Shown here: positions 1 through 9,077 of the stretch, one piece after another | How the letters are laid out: each line of letters starts with the position of its first letter | Position numbering within the stretch: position 1 is the stretch's first letter | Translations under genes and position numbers: made by a program | Source: Chloroflexota bacterium | GTDB taxonomy: Bacteria > Chloroflexota > Limnocylindria > Limnocylindrales > CSP1-4 | Assembly: GCA_003158295.1 (NCBI GenBank) | Contig: PMIP01000043.1 | Location: 230 to 64,229 of the forward strand | Direction of reading: 5' to 3' | Length of the DNA: 64,000 bases | The notes under the pieces: generated by a model | The model's database searches: none | Told to the model about the DNA's origin: nothing | The model's input: only the letters and a program-made list of their open reading frames with translations

Positions 1-535
1 AGGTTCGTCTGCGGCACGAGCGTGACCTGCCAGATGCCGTCAGTCGTACCCGCTGTCCCGGTGTAGCGACCGGACAGCATCGCCTGGCGGTTCGCTGATG
101 TCCACGCCGTCGGGGTTGTGTGCGCGGCGCCAGGCATCGCGAGGCCGCCGCGCCCGCTCCGAAAGTTCGCAATACCAGTGGACGTAGTGCAATGCGGACC
201 GCGGAGCCCTGGAGGCAGGCTCGAACGCGCGCATTGGAGGGGACGAACGAGGTCCCGACCCCAGATTGTCCCGGCTCGAGCACAGATCGGGACATCTTGG
301 CGGCCGAGAAGTGATTGCGTGAGCTGGCTGACTGAGGTGGCTCCGCTTAGTACCACACCCACTGGTATAGCGTGGTTCTGACTAGGGAGAGGGTCGTGCG
401 GGGGTCCAGCAACCGCCCGTGGATCCCGTGTGGGCCGGCCGCCCGCGCTACAGGTGCCGTGCCTCTGAGGGGACCGTGCCGTGCCGCGGCCGGCGCCCCG
501 CCCGCCCAGCGTGCCGATGCCGTCGCGGCTTGGCC

Positions 536-1360
536 TCAGAGTTCGAACTCGGCCAGGATGGCGTGCATTCGTCGAGCGGCTCGGCCGCGATGCGAGATGC
601 GGTTCTTGGCCTCCGCCGTCCACTCGCCCAGGGTCCGGCCTCCTGGCGGCTCCACGGCCGGCTCGAAGATCGGATCGTAGCCAAAACCTCCGTCGCCACG
701 GGGGGCGGTGGCGATCCGGCCGGCGCACGTTCCGCGGGCCAGCCTGACACGCATCCCGCCGCGCGGCCCGCGTGTCTCCGGCAGGGCCAGGGCGAGTACG
801 CAGCGGTATCGTGCGCCGCGCGACGCCGGCTTCAGACCGGCCATCGCCCGCAGAAGCTTCGCGTTGTTCTGCTCGTCCGTGGCCGTCTCACCGGCATATC
901 GTCGTGTGCGCACGCCCGGCCCGCCGTCGAGAGCGTCGACTTCAAGGCCGGAATCGTCGGCCAGGGTGGGCAGCCCGGAGAGGTCGGCGAAGAAACGGGC
1001 CTTCTTCGACGCGTTGGCCTCGAAAGTCTCGCCGTCTTCAACAGCCTCGTCGGCGATACCGAGATCGTCGAGGTCCACGAGTTCCGAATGGAGAGGCCCA
1101 AGCAGCTCACGGAGTTCGCGCAGCTTGTGGGCCGATCGAGTCGCGACCAGGAGCCTGCGCCGAGCCCCGAGTCCGGGTTGGCGGCCCTCGCCCAGGTATC
1201 TGCCGGCGCCTTCTGTTCCCCGCCGGCCGCCCGGTTCAGATTGGCCGCCCTCGCCCCGGTAGCCGCCCGGTTCGGGTTGGCGGCCCTCGCCCCGGTAGCC
1301 GCCGGCGCCCTCTGCTCCTCGATGGCCGCCGGATCTCGGTGTGCCCGAGTTCACGAACAC
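536..1360 (-). CDS. rdgB: RdgB/HAM1-family non-canonical purine NTP (dITP/XTP) pyrophosphatase with a Gly/Arg-rich repeat N-terminal extension
   Basis: 274-aa ORF. The C-terminal ~205 aa carry family hallmarks (LLVATRSAHKLREL, ADDSGLEVDAL, FGYDPIF, NRISHRGRA). It lies directly after rph, with GTG 1358-1360 overlapping the rph TAG by 1 nt. The only in-frame ATG/GTG/TTG starts are GTG 1360 and GTG 1354, so the exact start is uncertain. Confidence 0.85.
   Translation of the reverse strand: MFVNSGTPRSGGHRGAEGAGGYRGEGRQPEPGGYRGEGGQSEPGGRRGTEGAGRYLGEGRQPGLGARRRLLVATRSAHKLRELRELLGPLHSELVDLDDLGIADEAVEDGETFEANASKKARFFADLSGLPTLADDSGLEVDALDGGPGVRTRRYAGETATDEQNNAKLLRAMAGLKPASRGARYRCVLALALPETRGPRGGMRVRLARGTCAGRIATAPRGDGGFGYDPIFEPAVEPPGGRTLGEWTAEAKNRISHRGRAARRMHAILAEFEL
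1166..1299. repeat. 36-nt tandem repeat: two near-identical units at 1228-1263 and 1264-1299, plus a diverged copy from ~1166
   Basis: cgcccggttcagattggccgccctcgccccggtagc / cgcccggttcgggttggcggccctcgccccggtagc. On the minus strand this encodes GGYRGEG(R/G)Q(P/S)EP 12-aa repeats in frame with rdgB. Confidence 0.8.
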
Positions 1361-2094
1361 TATCGGGGGACTGAGGCCAGGGCCTCGGCCTGGGCCGTGA
1401 AGAGGCGTTCCAGTCCGACGGCCGCAAGGTCGAGCAGTCTATCGACGTCCGGCCGGGCGAAGGGCTTGCCTTCGGCCGTGGCCTGCAGCTCAACGTACTT
1501 GCCCGCGTCGGTGGAAACGACGTTGAAGTCGACCTGCGCTCGCGAATCCTCGGAGTAGTCCAGATCCAGGCAGGCAACCCCGTCGACGATGCCGACGCTG
1601 ACGGCGGCCACGCGGCCCAGCAGGCAGCGCTCCATCCCGTACGTCCGCAGCGCGGCCGCCAGCGCCACCCATCCTCCCGTGATCGACGCGGTACGCGTAC
1701 CGCCGTCGGCGTTGATCACATCGCAATCGATGGTGATCGTTCGCTCGCCGAGCTTGGCCATGTCGACCACGCCGCGCAGTGACCGGCCGACCAGACGCTG
1801 GATCTCGTACGTTCGTCCGCCCAGCTTCCCCTTGGCGGCCTCGCGGATGTTCCGCTCGCTCGTGGCTCGCGGGAGCATGCTGTACTCGGCCGTGACCCAG
1901 CCCGTGCCCTTGCCGCGCAGGTGGGGCGGGATCTTGTCCTCGATGGTTGCCGCGCACAGGACCTCGGTCCCGCCGAGCTTGATGACGCACGAGCCCTCGG
2001 CCCACTTCTGGACGCCCAGCTTGAGGGAGACGGGTCGAAGATCGACGGGCAGCCGCCCATCGGCTCGCTGAAACGATTCGGCTCCGATCGTCAT
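1360..2094 (-). CDS. rph: Ribonuclease PH
   Basis: Internal ATG at 2094 of the 502-aa track ORF gives 244 aa: MTIGAESFQRADGRLPVDLRPV...GWVTAEYSMLPRAT...DCDVINADGGTRTASITGG, a full-length RNase PH pattern. The upstream part of the track ORF is Arg/Pro-rich and overlaps mazG. ATGA overlap with the mazG stop. Confidence 0.95.
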   Translation of the reverse strand: MTIGAESFQRADGRLPVDLRPVSLKLGVQKWAEGSCVIKLGGTEVLCAATIEDKIPPHLRGKGTGWVTAEYSMLPRATSERNIREAAKGKLGGRTYEIQRLVGRSLRGVVDMAKLGERTITIDCDVINADGGTRTASITGGWVALAAALRTYGMERCLLGRVAAVSVGIVDGVACLDLDYSEDSRAQVDFNVVSTDAGKYVELQATAEGKPFARPDVDRLLDLAAVGLERLFTAQAEALASVPR

Positions 2095-3287
2095 GGCGCG
2101 GTCTCCTGTTCCGCCGTGGTCGGCTGAGACGCAGAACGTTCCTCGGCCTTGGCAGCATCCCACAACTCGTCCAGTTCCGCGAAGCTCATGTCGCGCAGCT
2201 GGACGCCGCGCTCCCTGGCCATACGCTCGACGCGTCGAAATCGCCGGCGGAACTTGTCCGCGGCGGCCCTCAGAGCGGCCTCGGCCTCGACGCCGTGACG
2301 CCGGGCCAGGTTCACGACGACGAGCAGCAGATCGCCGACCTCCTCGCGCCGTTCCGCGTCCGTGGCGGCCGCCTCGAGCTCGGCCAGCTCTTCGTGGATC
2401 TTGTCGAGGATGCCGACGATCTCCGGCCAGTCGTAGCCCAGGTAAGCGGCCCGGTCCTGCATCTCCTGGGATGCGGCCAGGGCGGGCATGGACGAGGAGA
2501 TGCCATCCAGCGCGCTGGCGATCTCCGGCGCCGCTTCGCTCTCGAACTCGGCCGCGGCGGCCTCGCGTTCCGCTCGCTTGATCTGCTCCCACTGGCGATT
2601 GACGTCGCCGGCGGTGGCGACCCGCGCATCGCCGAAGACATGCGGATGGCGGCGCACGATCTTGCGGCCGATACCTTCCTGCACGTCTGTCAGGTCGAAG
2701 ACGCCCGCCTCCGCGGCGAGCTGGGCGTGGAGCACTATCTGGAGGTACAGGTCGCCCAGCTCTCCTGCCAGCTCCGGCGTGGCGCCACCGTCGAGCGCGT
2801 CGTAAACCTCGTAGGCCTCTTCCAGCAGGTGCTTCTTGAGCGAGCCATGGGTTTGCTCGCGATCCCACGGACAGCCGTCCGGCTGGCGCAACCGATGAGC
2901 TATCCAGGGCAGCGCCCAGGGGCTGGCAAGAGCTCGCTCGGGCGCAACGGGGCCCAGGTACAGCGGGCCGGCAAGCGCCCCGGCATCCAACTCGCCGACG
3001 GTGGTCGCCTCAGCCAGGCCGATGCGACCGACATGGTGGTCGGAGGGATAGAGGCGCCGCAGGAGAGTCAGTGCGTCGGAGCCGGATGACGAGTGCCGCC
3101 CCGGCAGCGGATCCGCGGTCTCCTCCGGGGTTGGGCCGGGCCGCAGAATGCCGAGCGGTACCAGCAGCAGCGGCCTCGACGGCTCGAGGGGCGTTCCGGC
3201 GAGCCGTTCGGGCGAGGCGATCTGGAGTCCCGCCGCTGGGTCCAGTCCCCAGCGGATCCGAGCCTCGGCAACTAGCGCATCGAGCAC
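2091..3287 (-). CDS. mazG: MazG-family nucleoside triphosphate pyrophosphohydrolase with a YabN-like N-terminal extension
   Basis: 398 aa with a GTG start. It has tandem MazG repeats (WDREQTHGSLKKHLLEEAYEVYDAL ... EELAELEAA...EEVGDLLLVVVNLARRHGVEAEAAL). Confidence 0.85.
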   Translation of the reverse strand: MLDALVAEARIRWGLDPAAGLQIASPERLAGTPLEPSRPLLLVPLGILRPGPTPEETADPLPGRHSSSGSDALTLLRRLYPSDHHVGRIGLAEATTVGELDAGALAGPLYLGPVAPERALASPWALPWIAHRLRQPDGCPWDREQTHGSLKKHLLEEAYEVYDALDGGATPELAGELGDLYLQIVLHAQLAAEAGVFDLTDVQEGIGRKIVRRHPHVFGDARVATAGDVNRQWEQIKRAEREAAAAEFESEAAPEIASALDGISSSMPALAASQEMQDRAAYLGYDWPEIVGILDKIHEELAELEAAATDAERREEVGDLLLVVVNLARRHGVEAEAALRAAADKFRRRFRRVERMARERGVQLRDMSFAELDELWDAAKAEERSASQPTTAEQETAP

Positions 3288-3300
3288 CGGTTCCGCGTTG

Positions 3301-5115
3301 CTACGGAGACGGAGAGGCCGGGGTGAGGGCGGTCAGGCCGGCCTGGTCGGTCCAGACGCCCGTGTTCGACTGCAGTTGGGCCAGCCAAACCTGGAACAGG
3401 CTGGTTCTGAGCGAGGCCGCGGTGGTCGCATCGGGCAGCCTGGTCTGCTCGTCGATGACCTTGTAGATGTACCAGACCCCGCCGCTCGATATCGCCTGGG
3501 TCACGCCGCCCACGGGCGTCGAGAAGACGGCGTCCTCCTGGTCCTTCTCGAGGGCGTAGCGGCCGAACCAACCCGCGTCTCCGCCCTTGGACGCCTCGTC
3601 CGCCAATTCCGACGCCTGCTTGGCGACAGTCGCGAAGTCGGCGCCGGTGGCGAGGGAGAGCTGCACGTCGGCGATGCGCTGGTCCGGAGCCGGGCGGCGC
3701 CCCTCGAACTTCACCACCACGTAGCCGAAGGACGGCTCCTGGATCGGATCGAGGATGGTGTTGGGAGTGAGCCCGGAAGCGAAGACCGCCAACTGCACGC
3801 TCGTCAGTCCCAGGCCCGACTGGCCGGATGCGGTCGTGGCGCCGAAGATGTCGGACGGGATCCAGGGCAGGGAGCCGCCGCTGGTCCTGAAGGAAGTGTC
3901 GTCGTTTACCGTCTTGTCCTGGGCCATGGTGGCGAACTTGGACGGGTCCGCACGGAGAGTCGCCACCGCCGCGTCGGCGCGGCTCTTGGCATCGTTCCAG
4001 CTAGCGTCCGTGGTCGGGACGTTCTGCACGTTGGATGTGTCGTGGTTCGGCGCGAAGTCCATGACGCTGATCTTGACCTCGTCACCGCCGCCCGCCTGGC
4101 TGTAGCCGGGGAAGACGACGATCTCCTGAAGGTGGCGCTGGACGGTCGCAGTGTCGATGTACTGCTTGTTGATCGCAGCCTTGACGGCCTTCTGGACCGC
4201 CTCCGCTCGAGCGTAGGCCTGATAGTCGCCGCTCAACGACTTCTCCCAGCTCGTGTCGACGTACGGGGCGACGATGCTCGTAACCGTCGCGAATCGGTAG
4301 GAGCCGTTCTGGCCTTTCATGACCGCGGTCACGTCGTTGGGCTTGGCCAGACTGAAGATGGCGTCGACCAGATCCGGGTCCAGGGTCAGGTGGTCCTTGC
4401 TGGTGAGACCGTAATCCTTGGTTTCCCCGCCACCGGCTTCGGTGGCAACGTCGGCCCACTTCTTGGTGCCGGCCTTGACTTCATCCAGATAGCCCTGCGC
4501 TTTCGTAAGGGCCGCCTGCTGGTCCTGAGCGGTGGGGGCGTTGGCCGGCGGCGTGGCTTCGGGCGCGACCCCGATGACCATGACGTGGCGCATATCCGGG
4601 AGGGTGCTGTCCGCCTGGATCTGATCCTTGACTTGTTGATCGCCGACGGTGATGCCGTGTTGCGAGGCGTACTGTCTCAGGGTGGCGTCGAGGGCCAGCT
4701 GTTGCAGGGCCAGGTCGGCGGCCGTGCCCGTACTCCCGCTGATGCTCTGCGCCGCCGATGAGATGGTTGCGTACTCGTTGGTGAGGGGCGTCCCCGAGAT
4801 CGTTGAGTACTCGTCCGGCGTGATCTTGCCCTGATTCCGAAGGAAGCCGTAGTCCTGCACCAGGCGCTTGTTGAGGGAGGTGTTGACGGCAACGCGATCC
4901 CTGACCGCGTCTTTGCTGATCGCCTCGCCGTTGACAGATGCGACGGGGGCGACGTGGTCCTGGTAGTAGTTCGCTACGAACAGGCCGGCCACCAGAGAGA
5001 GCGCGACGGCGATGCCCGCCACGAACATGACCGTGAGGAGGACGGCTCGCCTGGAGTCGTCGCGGCGAGTGCGTCGTCGCGTGGTCTTGGGGGTGTATCG
5101 GGTGCGAACGGTCAT
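3301..5115 (-). CDS. Membrane-anchored SurA/PrsA-like peptidyl-prolyl isomerase (parvulin type)
   Basis: 604 aa. It has an N-terminal signal anchor (AVLLTVMFVAGIAVALSLVAGLFV) and a C-terminal PpiC motif (GGDAGWFGRYALEKDQEDAVFSTPVGGVTQAISSGGVWYIYKV). A degenerate second parvulin-like region lies upstream of it. Confidence 0.8.
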   Translation of the reverse strand: MTVRTRYTPKTTRRRTRRDDSRRAVLLTVMFVAGIAVALSLVAGLFVANYYQDHVAPVASVNGEAISKDAVRDRVAVNTSLNKRLVQDYGFLRNQGKITPDEYSTISGTPLTNEYATISSAAQSISGSTGTAADLALQQLALDATLRQYASQHGITVGDQQVKDQIQADSTLPDMRHVMVIGVAPEATPPANAPTAQDQQAALTKAQGYLDEVKAGTKKWADVATEAGGGETKDYGLTSKDHLTLDPDLVDAIFSLAKPNDVTAVMKGQNGSYRFATVTSIVAPYVDTSWEKSLSGDYQAYARAEAVQKAVKAAINKQYIDTATVQRHLQEIVVFPGYSQAGGGDEVKISVMDFAPNHDTSNVQNVPTTDASWNDAKSRADAAVATLRADPSKFATMAQDKTVNDDTSFRTSGGSLPWIPSDIFGATTASGQSGLGLTSVQLAVFASGLTPNTILDPIQEPSFGYVVVKFEGRRPAPDQRIADVQLSLATGADFATVAKQASELADEASKGGDAGWFGRYALEKDQEDAVFSTPVGGVTQAISSGGVWYIYKVIDEQTRLPDATTAASLRTSLFQVWLAQLQSNTGVWTDQAGLTALTPASPSP

Positions 5116-5245
5116 CTGGGCGTCCTGGTGCGATAAAAGCCCCGGCCAGAAACGCCAGGGTAACGGAGCCGTATGCTACCGCATTCCGTATCCTGAAACG
5201 GGGGTGACCGTCTGGCGATGCGCGATGGCGGCGCGGTCGGCACGA

Positions 5246-6484
5246 CTATGGCCGACCGCTGCGGCCGGATTTCCGGCCGCGGGGACCTGTCTCCATGCGC
5301 CCAACGACACCGAGGTAGGTATCCGCCTGGTGCGTCCAGCTCAGGTCCTCCACGCGCTGGCGAGTTCGCTGAACGCGGGCTCGGCGCTCCGCTGGGCGGT
5401 CGACCAGACCCAGGATCGTGGCCGCGAGCGATTCGTGGTCGCCCGGCTCGTACACCGCGAGAGTATCGGCATCGAAGTAGCGCTCCACGGTGGGCAGGCG
5501 CGATGCCACCACGGGCTTGGCCATGGCCGCGTACTCGAGCACCTTGGTGGACAGGCTCATCTGCGTGAACGGATCCAGCCGCGTCGGTGCCACGCCGATG
5601 TCCGCCGCGGCGACGGCCTCCGGGACTTTCTCGATCGGGATGCGGCCGGGGAAGGCGACCCTGTCGGCGAGTCCTAGCTCTGCGGCCAGCGCCTCGAGTG
5701 GCTCCTGGGCGTCGCCGCGGCCGTAGAAGGCGGCTTCGACGTGCAGGCCCGGCCGCGTCCTCGCGATGGAGGCTACGGCCCGCAGGACGACGTCGAGCTC
5801 GTAGGTCGGGGTGAGCGCGCCGGTGTAGACGATCCGCAGCTTCCCGTCCGCCATGAACCTGCGACCAGGGTGCGCAGCCGGGTCGAAGAGTCGCAGATCC
5901 GGGCTGTTGAGGATGACGGTCAGACGTTCCGGTCGGGCGCCCAGCCGGATGAGGCGTTCTGCCAGCGGCTGGTTCACCGTCAGCACCTCGTTGGCCAGGG
6001 CGATGGACAGCTTCTCCTGCAACAGCAGGAGCCGGTAGCTGAGCGGATTCGCCGCTCTGGGAAAGCGGCTCCGGAAGAACTCGGGCATCGCCTCGTGGAG
6101 GTCGAGCAGGACGGGCACTCCGGCCAGTTTCATCGGTAGAGCCGAGAAGACCAGGTAGTCCGGCAGCGAGTGCACCTCGACCAGACCGTACCGACGGCGC
6201 CGATGGGCTCGAGTGGCGGCCCAAAGGGCGCGCATGAGAAAGGCGCCGTACTCGGCGAGATACACGGACAGCCCGGCGCCCTGGTGACGCTGGACCGGCA
6301 GCCGCCTCAGGTTCACACCTTCGACCACCGCCGAGGCCGTCTCGCCCGGGCGCCGCAGGCCGAAGACGTCCACTTCCCAGCCGGCCGCGACGAGGGCCTC
6401 CGCCTCGCGCCGAACGCGTGGGTCCTCCTCGTAGTAGGCGTGGACGATCATGCAGACCGGGCGATGGCGCATCGGGGCGTTCAC
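5246..6484 (-). CDS. Family 4 (GT-B) glycosyltransferase
   Basis: 412 aa with the pattern ...VCMIVHAYYEEDPRV... and a C-terminal sugar-donor region (...STKVLEYAAMAKPVVASRLP...). GTG 6484 overlaps the upstream epimerase stop (GTGA). ATG 6472 is an alternative start. Confidence 0.8.
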   Translation of the reverse strand: MNAPMRHRPVCMIVHAYYEEDPRVRREAEALVAAGWEVDVFGLRRPGETASAVVEGVNLRRLPVQRHQGAGLSVYLAEYGAFLMRALWAATRAHRRRRYGLVEVHSLPDYLVFSALPMKLAGVPVLLDLHEAMPEFFRSRFPRAANPLSYRLLLLQEKLSIALANEVLTVNQPLAERLIRLGARPERLTVILNSPDLRLFDPAAHPGRRFMADGKLRIVYTGALTPTYELDVVLRAVASIARTRPGLHVEAAFYGRGDAQEPLEALAAELGLADRVAFPGRIPIEKVPEAVAAADIGVAPTRLDPFTQMSLSTKVLEYAAMAKPVVASRLPTVERYFDADTLAVYEPGDHESLAATILGLVDRPAERRARVQRTRQRVEDLSWTHQADTYLGVVGRMETGPRGRKSGRSGRP

Positions 6485-7611
6485 GCTCGATCTCCGCCGG
6501 CGGGGTCGGCAGCAAGCACGGCCGAGATCCGCTCCGCCGCTCCGGCCCCCCTCAGACTAAGAGTCCGGGCGCGTTCGGTCGCCAGCTCGGCGGATCGATC
6601 CGCCGGTGCCCGAAGGGCGAGCTCGCGAACGGCCGCGACGCGGTCCAGGCCCACGAGCACCGCCGAACTGCCTGCTCCGCCGATCGTCTCGACCCATTCG
6701 GTCGTGGTTCGCAGGACCAGGCAAGGGACGCCAAGCCAGGCCGACTCGCGCTGGACCCCACCCGAGTCCGTCAGGACGGCGGCAGCATGGAGTTGCAGCG
6801 CCAGCGCCGTGGCGTAGCCCTGCGGTTCGATCGGGATCACGTTCCCGGGCAGGGCGACTCCGGCCGCGGTCAGCGCCGCCCGCGTGCCGGGGTGGAGCGG
6901 CAGGATCACCGGTCGATCGGCCGTGGCAACCGAGTCGAGCAGGCCGGTCCAGGCGGCCATTGCCTCGGGGGCGCGGTTCTCAGCCCGATGAACGGTCGCC
7001 AGAAGGAAGCCTCCCGGACGAAGCGCCAGCCCCAGTCTCGCCCCGATCTCGACCAGCGCCGCGGGATCTCGCACCCGGGACGAGACGCGGGCGGCCAGGT
7101 CGAGCATCAGATCGCCGACCTGGACGACGCCCGCCGTGATCCCCTCGGCTGCCAGGTTGGCGACCGCGGCGGCGGTAGGGGCTAAGAGCCAACGCGACAT
7201 GTGGTCGGCCACGACACGGTTGCGCTCCTCGGGCATGCGCCGGTCGAAGGAACGCAGACCCGCCTCGACGTGGGCGACCGGAATGCCGAGCTTGGCCGCG
7301 GCCAGGGCCCCGGCGAGAGTGGAGTTGGTGTCCCCGTAGACCAGCACCGCGTCCGGCGCCGCCTCCCTGAGCAGAGGCTCCAGGGCGATCAGCATTCGGC
7401 CGGTCTGGTCGCCGTGGCCGCCGCCCCCGATCCCCAGCGAGTGATCCGGCCGTGCCAGGCCCAGCTCGCCGAAGAAGTTGCCGGCCATCGTGTCGTCGTA
7501 GTGCTGGCCGGTGTCGACGAAGATCTCGACGTGGTCGCGACGCAGGACGGGCTGCAGCGCGGCGGCCTTGATCAGCTGTGGGCGCGTGCCGACGACGCTG
7601 AGGATTCGCAT
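6481..7611 (-). CDS. wecB: Non-hydrolysing UDP-N-acetylglucosamine-type 2-epimerase (WecB/WbpI-like)
   Basis: ATG 7611 is preceded by GGAGGAGGG. The 376-aa product reads MRILSVVGTRPQLIKAAAL...DTGQHYD...HVEAGLRSFDRRMPEERNR. The rest of the 936-aa track ORF is an out-of-context Arg/Pro-rich run over neighbouring genes. Confidence 0.9.
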   Translation of the reverse strand: MRILSVVGTRPQLIKAAALQPVLRRDHVEIFVDTGQHYDDTMAGNFFGELGLARPDHSLGIGGGGHGDQTGRMLIALEPLLREAAPDAVLVYGDTNSTLAGALAAAKLGIPVAHVEAGLRSFDRRMPEERNRVVADHMSRWLLAPTAAAVANLAAEGITAGVVQVGDLMLDLAARVSSRVRDPAALVEIGARLGLALRPGGFLLATVHRAENRAPEAMAAWTGLLDSVATADRPVILPLHPGTRAALTAAGVALPGNVIPIEPQGYATALALQLHAAAVLTDSGGVQRESAWLGVPCLVLRTTTEWVETIGGAGSSAVLVGLDRVAAVRELALRAPADRSAELATERARTLSLRGAGAAERISAVLAADPAGGDRA

Positions 7612-7625
7612 CGCCGGCCCTCCTC

Positions 7626-9077
7626 CTACGAAGAGGCGACGCCGCTGGGCGTCGCTGCTCCCCTGCGGCGCCGCGTGGCGGCCTGGACGCCGATGCCGAC
7701 GTACTGAACGCTCGCCGGCAACTCGACCTCGCGCAGGCTGTTGCGGCCGTCGAGGATTATCTCGAGTTGCGGGAAGAGCCGGAAGTCGAGGCTCTGCCAC
7801 AGCTTGTCCGCGGTCTGGGTGACGATCGCGCGGAATGGTGCCGGCTGGCCCCATGAATAGGCCACTGCACAGCAGCGACCGATCTCCTCGATCGGAAGGA
7901 GGGGATCGTAGGCCGATACCTCGGCGCCGTGGAACGACAGCCGCTCGATCAGCGGCAGCGCCCGCGAATAGGCCAGCTCCTTGACGTTGGCGCGGTAGGT
8001 GAGCCCAAGGACCAGGATCGGGACGTCGTCGAGTCCGCCCAGCAGCCCCTCGAGCGTCTTGATCGCCAGGCCGACCTGGGCGTCGTTCGTGCGACGCGCG
8101 GCGGCAACCATCTCGAGATCGGGGGCCCGACTCAAGAGGAGATGAGGGTAGACGGGGATGCAGTGGCCGCCCACGCCGAGACCCGGTTGGTGGATGTGCG
8201 AGTAGGGCTGGCTGTTGGCGCCCTCGACGACCTCCTGGATATCCACGCCGACGCGGTCGGCGTAGCGGGCGAAGTCGTTGGCCAGGGCGATGTTGACGTC
8301 GCGGTAGGTCGTCTCGGCGATCTTGCTGAACTCCGCCGCCTCCGCGCCGCTCATCTCCACGATCTCGGCATCCAGGACCGAGTCGTAGAACGCGGCGGCT
8401 CGCCGCCCCGATTCGGGGCCGATCCCGCCGACGAGCTTGGGGTATGTCGCCAGGTTCGCGAAGACGGCGCCCGAGTAGAGCCGCTCCGGCGAGAAGGCGA
8501 CGAAGAAGTCGGTCTCGGCACGGAGCCCGGTTGCCGCCTCCAGACGGGGCGCGAACCGCCCGCGCGTGTCGCCGACGGGGAGAGTCGTCTCGAAGATGAC
8601 CGTCATGCCGCCGTGAACCCCGGCCGCGATCGAATCCACCGCCGAGTCCATGTAGCGGTAGTCCGGTTGCTGGGTGTCGTCCAGCATGACCGGCACGATC
8701 AAGATCGCGACATCCGCGTCGCGGGCGGCGGCCGCGGCGTCGACGGTGGCCGCGAGGAGTCCCGCGGCGTGGACCTGGGCCACTCCCTCGGCCAGCCCCG
8801 GCTCCCCCGTGACGTGGGAACGGCCCTCGTTGATGGCCGCAACGACCTCGGCGTTCACGTCCACCGCAGTCACGTGCCAGCCGTGTCGGGCGAACTGGAC
8901 GGCCAGCGGCAGGCCCATCTTGCCCGCGCCAACGACGGCCGCACGGCCGACCGTGCCAGGCTCCCCCGTCCAGGGCGTCACTGCGCGTGGCGTCCCATGT
9001 GAGCAAGGGTTGACTGGTGGAGTGATGGCGCCGCCGAGGAGGCTGACGACGCGCGAAGGGCGGGTGACGATGGTCAT
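7626..9077 (-). CDS. UDP-sugar 6-dehydrogenase (WecC/WbpA-like nucleotide-sugar dehydrogenase)
   Basis: Rossmann motif VVGAGKMGLPLAVQFARHGWHVTAVDVN and catalytic Cys context GVGGHCIPVYP. ATG 9077 makes an ATGA overlap with the upstream gene stop. The N-terminus is ~45 aa longer than typical, so the start is uncertain. Confidence 0.85.
   Translation of the reverse strand: MTIVTRPSRVVSLLGGAITPPVNPCSHGTPRAVTPWTGEPGTVGRAAVVGAGKMGLPLAVQFARHGWHVTAVDVNAEVVAAINEGRSHVTGEPGLAEGVAQVHAAGLLAATVDAAAAARDADVAILIVPVMLDDTQQPDYRYMDSAVDSIAAGVHGGMTVIFETTLPVGDTRGRFAPRLEAATGLRAETDFFVAFSPERLYSGAVFANLATYPKLVGGIGPESGRRAAAFYDSVLDAEIVEMSGAEAAEFSKIAETTYRDVNIALANDFARYADRVGVDIQEVVEGANSQPYSHIHQPGLGVGGHCIPVYPHLLLSRAPDLEMVAAARRTNDAQVGLAIKTLEGLLGGLDDVPILVLGLTYRANVKELAYSRALPLIERLSFHGAEVSAYDPLLPIEEIGRCCAVAYSWGQPAPFRAIVTQTADKLWQSLDFRLFPQLEIILDGRNSLREVELPASVQYVGIGVQAATRRRRGAATPSGVASS

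Noticed and set aside
1-535. Possible genes or RNAs at the left edge
   Set aside because: The candidates are a 64-aa ORF at 40-234, a possible minus-strand start MLSGRYTGTAGTTDGIWQVTLVPQTN at 80 running off the edge, and a 10-nt direct repeat GTGCCGTGCC at ~445-476. The ORFs are short or Arg-rich with no motif or convincing ribosome-binding site. The GTTCGAAC near 541-548 is the rdgB 3' end, not a tRNA T-arm. There is too little sequence to call anything.
3148-4761. 537-aa plus-strand ORF antisense to the PPIase gene, and similar long alternative-frame ORFs at 419-1558, 19933-21666 and 45816-47336
   Set aside because: All have Arg/Gly/Pro-dominated composition and no family motifs. All overlap genes with clear homology-type signatures.
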